Shown piece after piece: positions 52,833 through 64,000 of a DNA stretch of 64,000 bases. Positions within the stretch are counted from its first letter, which is position 1. Each line of letters starts with the position of its first letter. The DNA lies in assembly GCF_024521635.1 (NCBI RefSeq), contig NW_026250404.1, forward strand, positions 930,001 through 994,000, given 5' to 3'. Origin of the DNA: Tricharina praecox. Taxonomy: Eukaryota. The notes beneath the pieces were generated by a model. It did no database searches and was not told the DNA's origin. It saw only the letters and a program-made list of their open reading frames with translations. The translations under genes were made by a program, and so were the position numbers.

Positions 52833-53040
52833 GATTGGCGGGTTGAGTCATGCGGGCCACGAAGCTGCGCCATAGAAGTAGCTCGAAATTGCCGGAACGG
52901 CTTGTACTGCCGCAGCTCTCTCTCCGCAATACTCGTAACGGCAATAAGCAGCTTCAACTTGCCATCGCCACCGTGGCTTTTATTTTCTTCTTCTCTCTCT
53001 CTCTCTGTTTTTTGCTTCTGTCTTTCTTCTTCGCCACCCA
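52833..53040 (-). promoter_or_regulatory. Candidate stress-response element cluster upstream of polyubiquitin
   Basis: CCAAT (~52833-38), TGAGTCA (52844-50), GAA at 52875/52885/52895 (step-type heat-shock element spacing), and GGTGGCGA on the minus strand at ~52965 and ~53031 (Rpn4/PACE-like). Confidence 0.55.
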
Positions 53041-54094
53041 TGGAAATCTTTTCGACTCGGGGTTTCGGATCACGTAAACGTCATGTTGACTCGACGAACC
53101 GAACTCTGCTTATCGCCCCCCCTCCCCCACACATCCGAGCTCCATCCACCTTCCGTTACGCTTACGATACGGCATTCTCGGCCACCACCCCAGCTTGGTA
53201 CCACGTCATAGGTGCCTTCAGCCACATCTCGGATTGCTCAACGATATTTGCCGGTACACAGAGAAGGCTACGGTACGGGAATGTTGCCGCATGCTTTATT
53301 GGGGACTCTGCAACGGATGAATTTGCACGGACGGAATTCGTTCCGTATTCCGTCGGCGAACGCTTCAGTTCTATCTGGAGCTCGCTCACTCGTGCTGCTT
53401 CCGGGATCACAGAGCGAGTGAGGCCAACACCGAAGCCACAGAACCGCCGGGATCAATCCCGTCCGATCGAAGGTTTGAGCAGTTCCCCACACTTTCAAGG
53501 TGCAAGTTGAACCGAAAGTTTGTTTAATTATCGAAATATGTGGGTTCTACTACGCCGGGGCCGACTGGTAGTTGAACCGAAAGTTTTCAGCTTGCTCGTG
53601 TGGTGTCTCGCTTAGGCGAGTGATGAACCGTGTCAACAGTTTCATGTTTTCGCCTGCCATTCGTTTCATTATTTCTCTTTTGAAGTCTGATCAAACTTGA
53701 TCGATCTCTAAAGCAAAAGGATTTCCCTCGGATCATGAGTGCTGTATAATTCAACGGGGTGTAAGAAACGTTGTCTCCCGTTGGACGGCTATTGAGACCG
53801 TATCTGAGTATGAGAAGCAAGTACCTTATTTGATCTCGTCACTCCCATTTTGTCAAGATTTTGGTACATAGCACTTCTCATCCTCCAACAACTCATGTGT
53901 GAACGATGGGGGTGTGATACTTCTATGAAACGCATCGTGTTTGGGTTCACAGCACAGGCGCGGAAGTACTATGTGAAGATGTGGGAAACTAACCCAATTC
54001 CTCAAACTATATATTGTACAGATATAACCTCCATGTATCCCCCTCCCAAACGCCAAAAAGGGTATCGATCCACACCACAGACACATACGCAGTG

Positions 54095-54879
54095 TTAACC
54101 GCCATTCATATTCTCCCTACCCGCACCCATCAGCCAAATGTCCCACGACAGCGACAGCGACAGAGGAGCGGGAACTCACGGGCCAACCTCAATCTCGACC
54201 TTATCCCCAGCACGCCTGACATTCTCCTCCAGCACCCCGGCGCCCGCCAACTTCTCGGGCGCCTTCCCACCCTCCTTCGCACCCTCCTTCGCACCCTCCG
54301 GCAGCGGCGCCGCCGCATCCTCCTCCGCATCCGCATCCGCACACCCACACTTATACACCTCGCTCACACTGGCACAATCAAACTGCTGTTTACCGAGGCG
54401 TTCATTGACCAGGTTATGTAGGTAGCAGCCCCACTGGGCAGCCGCATCGCGACTCGACGTTTGCGGGGGGTACTGTTGCAGAAGCAGACGGAAGTGCGCC
54501 GCGCACTCGCCGCACGGGTAGAGGCGTGCGAACAGGTAGAGGTAAGAGCGGAGCGCTTCGCGCTCGCCTGCGGACGGCTTCATCGGGTACCGCGATAACG
54601 TCGTGTGCAAAAGCTTCCAGGCGGCGCGGCCGAGTTCGGCTCTACATATGGGTGGTTAGTGGTGCGGTATGGGGGTAAGGGGAGGGGAGCGCACTTGGCT
54701 GTTTCGTTGCCGAGCTTCGGCATTATCGCCTCGCCCGAGAGGATGTCGGCTGAGACGTGGATTTCGGGGAGAGGTGGCGGTGATGCCGCGCTGGGAGAGG
54801 TCGTGGATGGCAGCAGGAGGTACGAGGTTAGAAAGAAGAGCACAACTATGCCGCCGATTATGGCGAGACGGGCGCGCAT
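54095..54879 (-). CDS. ERV2: FAD-linked sulfhydryl oxidase. Exons 54879-54695, 54641-54180, 54116-54095.
   Basis: N-terminal hydrophobic anchor; IMPKLGNETAK|AELGRAAW, YPCGECAAHF, HNLVNERLGK and C-terminal CGC. The last intron gives ...GPENMNGG*. Confidence 0.93.
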
Positions 54880-55150
54880 GGTGGGCAGTATTGATGGCAG
54901 CTGGCGAACGGAAATATGCGGAGTCTTTGGGTTTCTCTGGTAAACGACGGTAAAGGGGTGTATGATATACGTCCGCGGTGGTGGTGATGGTTGTGGCCTG
55001 CTATGCGCCGAGGGGCTCACGTAAATTGTGGTGTCAGATTGGGAGCTAAGTTAGGAGCTACCCTAGCATAATTGCCGGAATATGCCATACAATAGTTACT
55101 ACGGTACTCTGCTCCACTCCATGTGTCACTCGGATAAAGAACCTGAGATT

Positions 55151-56044
55151 CTATTCTTCACGAATCCACCTCCCTAATATCTGTAGATCTCGCACTTTGT
55201 ATAATCTCTGTTGCCCATCTTTAGCGCAGCGCACATCCGTAAGCCCATCCACAAGCTCAATCCCAAACCTCTCACAGACGGCATCGAGCTTATCCCCAAT
55301 AACGACACCCACATCCGCCTGAAGCAGACACATGAGGTCCGTACTCGAGTCTCCAACGTAGACCACCAACCCCTCTGACCCGCCCCCCTCGACGAGACGC
55401 TTCATCATGACAGTCTTGTTCTGCGCCGTCCAGATGCCGTGATCCTCGCCCAGCGCGGGTTCACGAGTGATTTCCCCCGTAGTCGTTGTTCCATCCTCGC
55501 AGAGGCTATTGGAGACCACTTCCACCTCGAGCTCAAACTTTACCCTCTCCCTCATCTCCCCAGCGCACTCACGCGCAACCGCCGCTCCCAACGCAGACCG
55601 GATCCACTCCTTACTCCAGTTGACCGACAGCACGCTCACCCGCCCACCGGCATCCAATACGGGCCTACAGGCCTGCCAAAGCCCGGGACGGACAGTCACG
55701 GTCTCCTCGGCTGCGTGCGCGAGATCGTTGATCCGCAGCCCCGTAAACACCCCCGCCTTCTCGATCCTGCGTATAGACGCGCGCTCTACCGGGGCGAGGG
55801 AGGCGAGGAACTGGTACTCGTCATCGAGGGTTCGTCGGAGGTGCGGGTACGATTGCACATGGCGGTTGTAGTCGTCCAGCCAGCTCTCGGCGAAGTAACT
55901 CCACGGTGGGAGCGCGGGAACAGTGGTGGGACGTAAGCGGTACGCGGCACTGCTGAGCAGCGAGATCGTGTCCACGAGTGTCAGAGTCTCGTCGAAATCG
56001 AGGATCAGGTGGCGGATGTAGGGGATCATGCGGGAGAGATTCAT
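55151..56044 (-). CDS. HAD-superfamily hydrolase (YCR015C/CTO1-like)
   Basis: Motif I LILDFDETLT, VLSVNWS, and motif IV VYVGDSSTDLMCLLQADVG. Confidence 0.85.
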   Translation of the reverse strand: MNLSRMIPYIRHLILDFDETLTLVDTISLLSSAAYRLRPTTVPALPPWSYFAESWLDDYNRHVQSYPHLRRTLDDEYQFLASLAPVERASIRRIEKAGVFTGLRINDLAHAAEETVTVRPGLWQACRPVLDAGGRVSVLSVNWSKEWIRSALGAAVARECAGEMRERVKFELEVEVVSNSLCEDGTTTTGEITREPALGEDHGIWTAQNKTVMMKRLVEGGGSEGLVVYVGDSSTDLMCLLQADVGVVIGDKLDAVCERFGIELVDGLTDVRCAKDGQQRLYKVRDLQILGRWIREE

Positions 56045-56459
56045 GCAGATGGACGGACGGGCGGGTGAGATCCGTGGGGTGTGCTTTGTGGGGTAGTTTA
56101 GTGGGCCTTTTTGGTTGGGCGTTCGGCAAGACACAGGTCATGGGCTGGGGGCCCGCGCTTTTTCTGTTGAGTGATGCAACCTGTAACTCATCGTCTATGG
56201 TTAATAATGACCATAACCAACCTCCTCGCCTTTCATCTCCTCGACCCTTCAATACGACCCTTTAACACAGCCGTGTCGCCACTCGCAAAAGTCCGTCACA
56301 TACGAAATAGTATGCAGCGGCCTCTTAGACGCCAGATACAGCTTTACGATTACTGTCGCGGTTCTTCTTAACACGGACCATTCAAGCAACTGTGCGTGTG
56401 ACTTCACCGCTACTCTCTGCTTCTTGAAACTGATAAGGTTAGCTAGATATTTGTTCACG

Positions 56460-57526
56460 ATGCGTCTCGCAACATTCCTACACCTCACCGTCGCGTCGCT
56501 AGGACTGGCCTCAGCCATCCCGTCGCCCTCGCCCTCACCCTTGCCCTCACCCTCACCGTCCCCCTCCCCGCCCACGCCCCGCCCCACCAACATCACGCAA
56601 GCGCTTTTTGACGAATTCACCTCGCTCTCGGAGCTGGTGGACATAGCGTACTGCGTGGGGACACTCAACAGTGGAATCGACGTACCTTTCACGTGCCTCA
56701 GCTACTGCGCGCACTTCCCGTCTCTGACGCTGATCAAAACGTGGAACACGGGGCTCAAATTGTCGGACTCGTGCGGCTACATCGCGCTCTCCCCCGGCGA
56801 CCGCCGTATAATCGTCGCCTTTCGCGGTACTTACAGTCTCATCAACGCGCTGGCAGATCTGTCCCTCGCGCGCCAGGAGTATCTGCCCTATCCAGACGCG
56901 GAGTGCAATGGGTGTACCGTCCATGCCGGGTTCCTCGAGAGCTGGGGGCAGACCGAGAAGATTATTGGCGGGGTGCTGGGGGATTTGCTACAGCAGTATC
57001 CCGGGTACAAGCTGGAGCTCGTGGGACACAGTCTTGGAGCGGCGGTTGCGGCGCTGGCCGCACTGGATTTTGCGGGGAGAGCGTGGAACGCGGATATCCG
57101 GGTGACTACGTTTGGAGAGCCGAAAGGCGGGAATAAGGAGTTCGCCGGGTTCCTGGATAGGGTCTGTCTCCCCTCGCCCCGTTTCCTTGAAGCTGCAGTT
57201 CATACTGACGCGCTGGTGAACAGCGATTCGATAATACCTCGTACCGCCGGATAACGCACATCAACGACCCCGTTCCCCTCCTCCCGTTCGAAAGCTTGGG
57301 CTATCACCACCACGGCCACGAGTACTACATCTCGGCACCGCACCTTCCATGCACGATCGAAGACGTGGTCAAGTGCGAGGGCGGCGCGGAGGATCCGAAT
57401 TGTGTTGCGGGGACAAACTTTAGCATGTTTGGATCTTTGATGGGCCATCGGGATTATTTCCACAGGTTGGGATTGTGTTTGCCAGAGCAGTGGAGTGGGA
57501 GGAGGGGGAGGAGTGAGGAGTTGTAA
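56460..57526 (+). CDS. Secretory-pathway class 3 lipase. Exons 56460-57161, 57224-57526.
   Basis: Signal peptide; IIVAFRGTYS, VHAGF, nucleophile GHSLG, TFGEPK, RITHINDPVPLLP and H-R-D-Y-F. Confidence 0.93.
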
Positions 57527-58090
57527 TGGGCGGGGGAACTGGAGAATGAGCTGTAATAGTGTGTTGGAGTTTTGGAGTTTTGGAGTTGTATTATGCAGAA
57601 TAGTAATTCGATGTATCAGTACTTTTGGTGGGTGTGCAAATACAGGAACCATCTACATTACTCTACGCTAAATTTGCCCACCCCCCATGCCGTCGTGCCG
57701 AAGCCCGAGCCCAAGCCTCGCACCGCCTCGTGCCGCCCCGGAACCGTCCCGCACCGTTGCGGGGTAGGATGGTGTAGCGTGCATACATAGCGGGGAATTG
57801 GGAGTGCAGCTGATGACCGCATGTTTGTCAGTTAGTGCTAATCAATCGCGAGGTCAGCTTCATAATCCATCTCCAGCTCCACCCAGCCTCGCCTCCATAG
57901 GTATATCTATCTCGATCTCCGGCTCCAGCTCTAGCTCCAGCTCTAGCTCCAGCTCCACCAAGCTTCGTCTGCCTATATCTACCTCCAGCACCAGCTCCAA
58001 CTCCAGCACCAGCTCCATCCAGCATTACCTCCACCCAGCACCAGCTCCACACAGCTCCACCCACCTCCACCAACACAACCCCCAGCAACA

Positions 58091-58904
58091 ATGTCCAAAC
58101 CCGAATGTACGCACCCACCCCCCGCCGTATTCCCCACCGCCTTGCCCCCCAAAACCCCAGCTAACCCCCGCAGTCGAACTGATCTACTGGCCCTCGATGC
58201 CGGGCCGGGGTGAGCCGATCCGGCTCCTCTTCGAAGCCACGGGCACCTCCTACACGGACACAACAGACGAGGCCGTGGTGGTCTCTTATATCACCCCGTC
58301 CCCCACTTCCCCCACCTCCTCGCTCCCCTCCCTGGCGCCCCCCATCCTTCTCCACGCCAACCGCACACTCTCGCAAACCGCAGCGATCCTGTTCTACCTC
58401 TCCCCGCTGCTTGGCCTCTCGCCCGCGGGGTTCGGCGAGCACCAAATGCGCGCGCTGATCCTGACGGCGCTGGACCTGCAGGACGAGGCACATAACACGC
58501 ACCATCCGGTGGGGGTATCTCTGTTCTACGCTGATCAGCTAGCGGAGGCGGCAAGGGCCGCGGAAATTTTCCGGCGGGAGAGGGTAGGCAAGTTTTTCAA
58601 GTATTTTGAGGGCGTGCTTGGGGCTGCGGAGGGGGAGGGGAAGGGGAAGGGGGGGTGGTTGCTGGGCGGCGGCCTGTCGGCCGCGGATCTGGTGCTCTGG
58701 CAGGTCGTCGATGGGCTCAAGTATGCCTTCCCCAAGGCGACTGCAAGGGTGCTAGCGGAGTGTCCGAGGCTGGAAAGGCACTATGGGCTGGTTAAGGCGG
58801 TGGAGGGCGTTAAGTCGTATTTGGAGAGTGGCAGGCGCAGGAAGTATGATATGGGCGTGTACAGATATTATCCGGAGCTGGATGATCAGGAGGGGGATGA
58901 GTAG
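58091..58904 (+). CDS. Glutathione S-transferase. Exons 58091-58106, 58174-58904.
   Basis: FELIYWPSMPGRGEPIRLLFEATG, APPIL, LSQTAAILFYL, HNTHHP and SAADLVLWQVVDGLKYAFP. Confidence 0.92.
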
Positions 58905-59642
58905 ACGAGGAGGAGGTTGGGTTTGTACTTATAGGACTCGCACGTACACCAGGATATGTAGGAAATGCAATGCAATGCAAATAGGTATCACCATGACCAT
59001 GGCCATGACCATACACTGCATACAGTAGATATATAAAACTATCATCGATCACTACCCCCCCACCCCACTATACCCCCCACCCCACCCATCTCCCACCCAT
59101 CTCCGCCAGGGAACGAGATTCGAACGTCGAACGTCGAACAAGAACGAGAACAAGAACGAGAACGAGAAGCAGAAGCACAGCATAGCACAGCACAGCACAG
59201 CAAAAAAGAAGGAAAAAAAGCAACTGGTATTGTAAACCGAACAAGACGCCACCCCATGTTGGAAAACAGCAAAGACAAAAACAAATACAAAACAGAAACA
59301 CAAAACATATGATAAATAAGAAAACCAGAGAGCGATGATGATGTGATATGATATGATATGATGGCGCGAGCGATGAAAAAGAAAAAAGATAAAAAATAAA
59401 AAGATAAAACTGTCCAGATGCACCCACCCCGAATAAAAACAAATAGAAAACGAAAAGAAATAAATAAAGAAGAAAGAAAAGAAAGAAAGAAACGACCCTG
59501 GTATATGACGGTAATATTGCTCCCCTTTGCACTCACTGAGAAGATGTAGTGCCAGAACTTAAAAAAAAGATAGCAAAAAAAAGAAGAGGCAACGTCACCA
59601 ATCACCCAATCACCAACGTAGAGCTTTGAAGACCAGCTGCAC

Positions 59643-62600
59643 CTAAGAGCTGGCCTCTTCGCTCAGACGTCGGAAGTGCTTGCACCAGATCCAGCCGATT
59701 TCGCCCTGTCTATCATCCTGGTTTCTGGCGAGCCAGATCTCACCCTTGACACCAATGATCTGTCATCACAATCAGTATACATCCCGTCATACATATTTTC
59801 CGGGGAAAAACTCACATCGAAAACCTCTCCCTGGACGTAATTGAGGTACGGAAATCCGGCCTCACGGCGCGGGGAGGGCAGGTGGAACTCGTACAGAGAT
59901 GCGGCAATGAACATCGCCTTATCGTTGTTCGAGATCGTGAGAGTCCGTCTGAAATCAGTCCTTGATGGGGTTCTCGACGAGTCTCGTGACTGTCCTCTGG
60001 GAGGATTGTCCGACTCTCTATCCCTGTCGTCGTCCATGGGCATGGCAGACGAGAATGCGGCGCTGGGGAGAGGAGGCGAGGGCGATGGCGCATCTGCACG
60101 GCGTGTAGACAACGTCAAAGGCGCAGGTGCCCCTGTGGTGTAAGAGGGGCGGGGGCGTGGACGTTCGAAGAACGCCGACTGGGCCGCGGCGTGGCTGTCG
60201 GGGACAGCCGAAGAGTATGATCTCTGTGGACCCCCAGGTGGCACCGCGGCAGGACCTCTCGGCGGCACGGCCACCGAACTGGCTCTAATTCTATTATTGC
60301 CAAGGAGGGGCGGGAGAGGGAGCACCGGAGGGCCGCTCGAAGACAACGGGGACAGCGGCGACAGTGAGGCGCCACCACTATGTCGGCGCTCTGACAGATC
60401 GTAACCAGCTGCTGCAGAAGTAGGAGATGTCGTGTTCAACGACATAGCCCTTCCGCGGTTTGCATCATCGTCGGCGGTCTGGGGCCTGGCCACTTTGAAT
60501 GGGGTAATCTTGTCTATCGTGTCGAGCGATACCGTACTTGCTGGCATTGAGCTAAGTGAAGCCGATGGGAATTGCATAGCGTTCAATGACCCTGGTCCGA
60601 AATTAGCATTCATTCAAAAATGATCCGAAAATGCCTGTGCTAACCATTGCAGATACTAAGTTTCGTGAGCATTGCTTCGTTGTACGTGAAAGACGTCGCA
60701 AAAGCATCCACAAATGCTTCTAGATTAAGAGGCATCTCAAGATCCATAAATGTCATCTTAATCTTCGACGCCCAATCGTTCATCCACTGCGCCTGAAGAT
60801 CGATGAAATTGAACAGCACGGCGTCGACTAGCTTCTTGGTGAGGTGGAAAAGTCGCGGCAACTCTTCGATTAACGTCTCGTTGAGGGCCACATATGCGTC
60901 GGCGAGGTCCTTAGTCCGCTTATCCGGCGTGTCTCCGCGGTCCTTAATCGCTTTGAAGCGAGCATAGTCAACGGCCTTGTTATTCCGCTTGGTCATGATT
61001 ATCTGCGGGCTCTCGTTCATCTTGAGGAGAGTCTCGAGCGGCTCAATGGCGTGCTTCTTGACTCGAAGTTTCTACACTCGGTTAGTTGGTGCAATTCTCG
61101 AGGCTGAGGAGGAGAAACTTACATGCTCCTGCAGGTACGTGGTCGAAATCTCCCGCATCATGTGATCGAACCTCTTCCACTTAGCCTCGGTGACATGATG
61201 GCGTGTACCAACCGCCGCGCCAAACTGGCTGAATGACAACGCAAACCCAATGAAGTTCTCAACGTGACCCTGAATCTCCATAGCGTATATCTCGATGTCG
61301 CGGTGCACAACCTCCACCTGGGTGTAATGCATGTTGTAGTTCTCAAAGAGTTTGTTGTAGGTATCGTCCACAACTACTTCCGACAGTCCAACCGACTGCC
61401 TTAACTTCTCCGCGCGACGAGCAAAGCCTTTGGTGATCCCATGCCTAATGTCGGTCTCGTTTCTTTTCCGTCCCACGATCTTCTCGACCATGTCCTTGCG
61501 CTTCTTCATCTCGTTGATCCGTCCAGCAACAAACGTCATCTCCTTCGATACTATCTCCAAGGCAGGGTAGTCTGGATGGCTGGGATGCGTGCATTCCAGA
61601 AGCTGAGACAACAGAAGCGGATACTTGAGAACCCTCTGAACGGGCTTGATGAGCAGCGACTCGAGGTTCCACGCGTTGGTGAGATCCTCGGCGCATGCCT
61701 TGCACTCTTGCAGCCAAATGGCAATTCCGGGCACCGTCTCCAGTTGTTGAAGCCTGGCAGCAGCAGCATCGTGGTTCTTGCAGTAGTCGCCATATACCTT
61801 CTCCATCATGTACATGACCTCGGCGAACGCTTCTCCGACATACGTCTTGCGATCCTTCTCCTCCTCGGTGAGGGTCTCTTCCCGTTCATCACTGTTGATG
61901 GAATTGACAACGCTCGCAGCGCTGCTGTTGATCCCATGTGGGCCCCGACGCATGACGTAGACGCTCGAAACCGAAAGCTTGAGTACCTCCAAGAAGCCTT
62001 TACTAAACTGGACCACTGCATCCGTATTTCCGAAGAGGACCTTGACATCGTCGGCGGTAACGGAATAACAAGCGTTGGCGGATCCCTTATAAATCTCCAC
62101 CGCAACTGTCATATCCCTGAAGAAGGCGCTCTCCGTGTCGACGATCTCCTTGAGGAGATGGTGGCGCCTCCTTAGTCTCTTCTGATCCGGATCCTCGGGG
62201 ACGGCCGCGACGATAGGCGCAGCTCCCCCTTGAATGGTCAAACTCCTTCTTGAATCGCTCAAACTTGATGGCGGCGAGTACTTGGTCTCCGAGCTCGGTC
62301 GGTTTTGCGAGTACTGATCCATGCTTGGCCTCTGATCCATACTTGATCTCTGATCCATGCTTGATCTCTGATCCATGCTTGGTCTCTGATCCATACTTGA
62401 TCTTTGATCCATCGAAGACCTACTATCCATGCTTGGCCGCTGGCCGGGCCCGGCATAGTAGTGCTCCGAGTTGTATGAAGACGTGCGATCAGACGACGGA
62501 CGGAAGTCATAGTGCGCAGGAATCGAGTGAATTGCCAGTCCCAGTGGTTCGTTTCCGGACATGGCAAGACTTCTATGGTGAAGGGATGGGGGCGCACTGC

Positions 62601-64000
62601 TGTATATAGATGAAGGTACGGGCGAGATATTCTTGGGCTTGTCCTTCTCCGGGGGAGGCGGTGGCCGGTCCTTCGGAGGTGGGGTCGGGGGTAGGGAGGA
62701 GGAGTCGACTCCTATGGGTTGTCTGGGAGTTGTTGGTGTTTCGCCTCTGCCATCCGACTCCGGACTGAAGTCTGAAGATGTCGTCCAACCGTCATCTTCG
62801 GGCAGCTGAAGTTCCAGGAAACTGTGCCTGGGGACAGCAGAGAGCGGCGTAGCTTCCTCGGAGCAAGAATAGTCGTCCAAGCTGTCTCGCGGCAGTGCCG
62901 AGGGTGGTTCCGAGCACGATGTGTAATCATCGCTGTTATCGAGGTGCAGATCACGGCGGTCCTCCTCAAGCTCGTTGATCTTGCTGCTGTTGTCGTAGGA
63001 ACTTCGGTGCGAGTACCCTCCGGCGGGACTTCCATCGTTAACATAGCGATTGATCACTTCTTCTCCGTGATCGTCATATCGGGAATAGAACGAGTTGATA
63101 GTGCGTCTATCGTCAGAGAAAGTCGTCGCACCCAAGGGAGAAACTGTCGGTGTTTCGGAGTCTTCTGCGGGGATGTTGAAGCTAGGATTGTACCTTGTCC
63201 TCGTGTCGTAATGCTGTTGGGTAGAAGTCGTTGCAGTCCCATGCGTCCCCCTTTCTGGCGAGCTATCACCCTCACCCTCTTCATCCGTAGTCCACCCAAC
63301 TGAATTCGGGCGCAACATATTGGATATGTTGTACAAAGCGGGTCGAGTTGGAGAGTCGGGGGTGATGACAACAGATATCGGCGTTGCAGAGGTGCGGTTG
63401 CTGACGGAAGAATAAAAGGAAGGACTGTGAGACGAGCGATTGCGTTTTGCGGTGTAGGGATACTGCTCTGGCATAAAGAACTGACTGAACCGGGTCGATC
63501 TAAGGGGCGTGGGATCCGCTTCTACTTCGATGACAGGCTCGTGTGTCTTGGAGGCCACCTCTGTCTCCGCCGCTACCTGGGTTTCGACTTCAGCCTCAAC
63601 TTCCGTCATTTCCACTTCGGTGGTTTCCTCGCCGCTAGTGTCCTCCCAGGCATCTTGCTGATCACCTGCAGGAGAATCGATTGGCTCGGTAACATAGGTG
63701 TTTCGCTCGTCCACTCGTTCCGCTGCCCGATAGTCGACTTCGTCGCCGTCGTCGCTAGCGCCCCATGCACCAGGTATTATTAGCTCCCTCTCTACGGGCT
63801 CTTTGCGAGAGCTCCGAGTCTCGGGTGCGGCAGCAGTGGTGATCATGCTTTCGGTCGGCAGATGTATTTTCGCCATGATTTCTTCGGCCATCATATCCAA
63901 TTCCGGCTCCGTATCGTTGTTGCTGCTGTCTACCTTTCCGTTTTGCATTTCCTGCTGCTGCTGCTCTTGCTGTTTCTGTTGTTCCAGCCTAAATAGTTCC
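59643..64000 (-). CDS. RhoGEF with DH-BAR-SH3 architecture (dynamin-binding protein/Tuba-like), 5'-partial. Exons >64000-61123, 61071-60645, 60591-59816, 59759-59643.
   Basis: DH domain (LLKEIVDTESAFFRDM...LESLLIKPVQRVLKYPLLL), a BAR-like helical region, and an SH3-like end (ASLYEF...YLNYVQGEVFD|IIGVKGEIWLARN...GWIWCKHF). The frame is open to the window edge. Confidence 0.9.
62314..62440 (-). repeat. Coding 18-bp tandem repeat, 7 units of R(P/S)SMD(Q/S)
   Basis: Translates as RPSMDSRSSMDQRSSMDQRPSMDQRSSMDQRSSMDQRPSMDQ. Confidence 0.9.

Noticed and set aside
53507..53587. Direct repeat GTTGAACCGAAAGTTT, two copies ~64 bp apart
   Set aside because: Only two short copies with no associated element; not an array.
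57798..58090. Ser-rich in-frame N-terminal extension of the GST in the ORF track
   Set aside because: Arises from a non-ATG start reading through a CCAGCT-repeat leader and the retained intron; the spliced ATG 58091 model is cleaner.

Overview
Eukaryotic DNA from a filamentous ascomycete fungus. The evidence is short GT-AG introns with CTRAC branch points, fungal-type ubiquitin and fungal gene families; Pezizales is my impression only. I can reconstruct 17 coding genes by hand. In order: PEX5, a ZNF830/CCDC16-like protein whose 5' end is damaged, a small hypothetical protein, an MDG1/CRP1-like CBM48 protein, a DUF2828 vWA protein, SPB4, a Pho80/Pcl-family cyclin, a URA6-like UMP-CMP kinase, MAK16, SEC14, an IRC19/DUF1763-like protein, VPS20, a 5-unit polyubiquitin, ERV2, a HAD hydrolase, a class 3 lipase and a GST. 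An 18th gene, a DH-BAR-SH3 RhoGEF, runs off the right edge. The left half is gene-poor. It holds three diverged copies of an unrecognised repeat of up to ~1.4 kb, a TA-flanked MITE, a GGACT-rich degenerate element and heavy enrichment of the heptamer TACTCTA. The most interesting signals are coding-like extensions behind stop codons. PEX5 has a 91-codon +1-frame tail behind TTT-TGA. The cyclin and URA6 genes both end in GCT-TAG followed by 49 and 74 open codons, making them candidates for A-to-I stop-loss editing or readthrough. All gene calls come from motif recognition and manual splice-site reading; no database searches were run.
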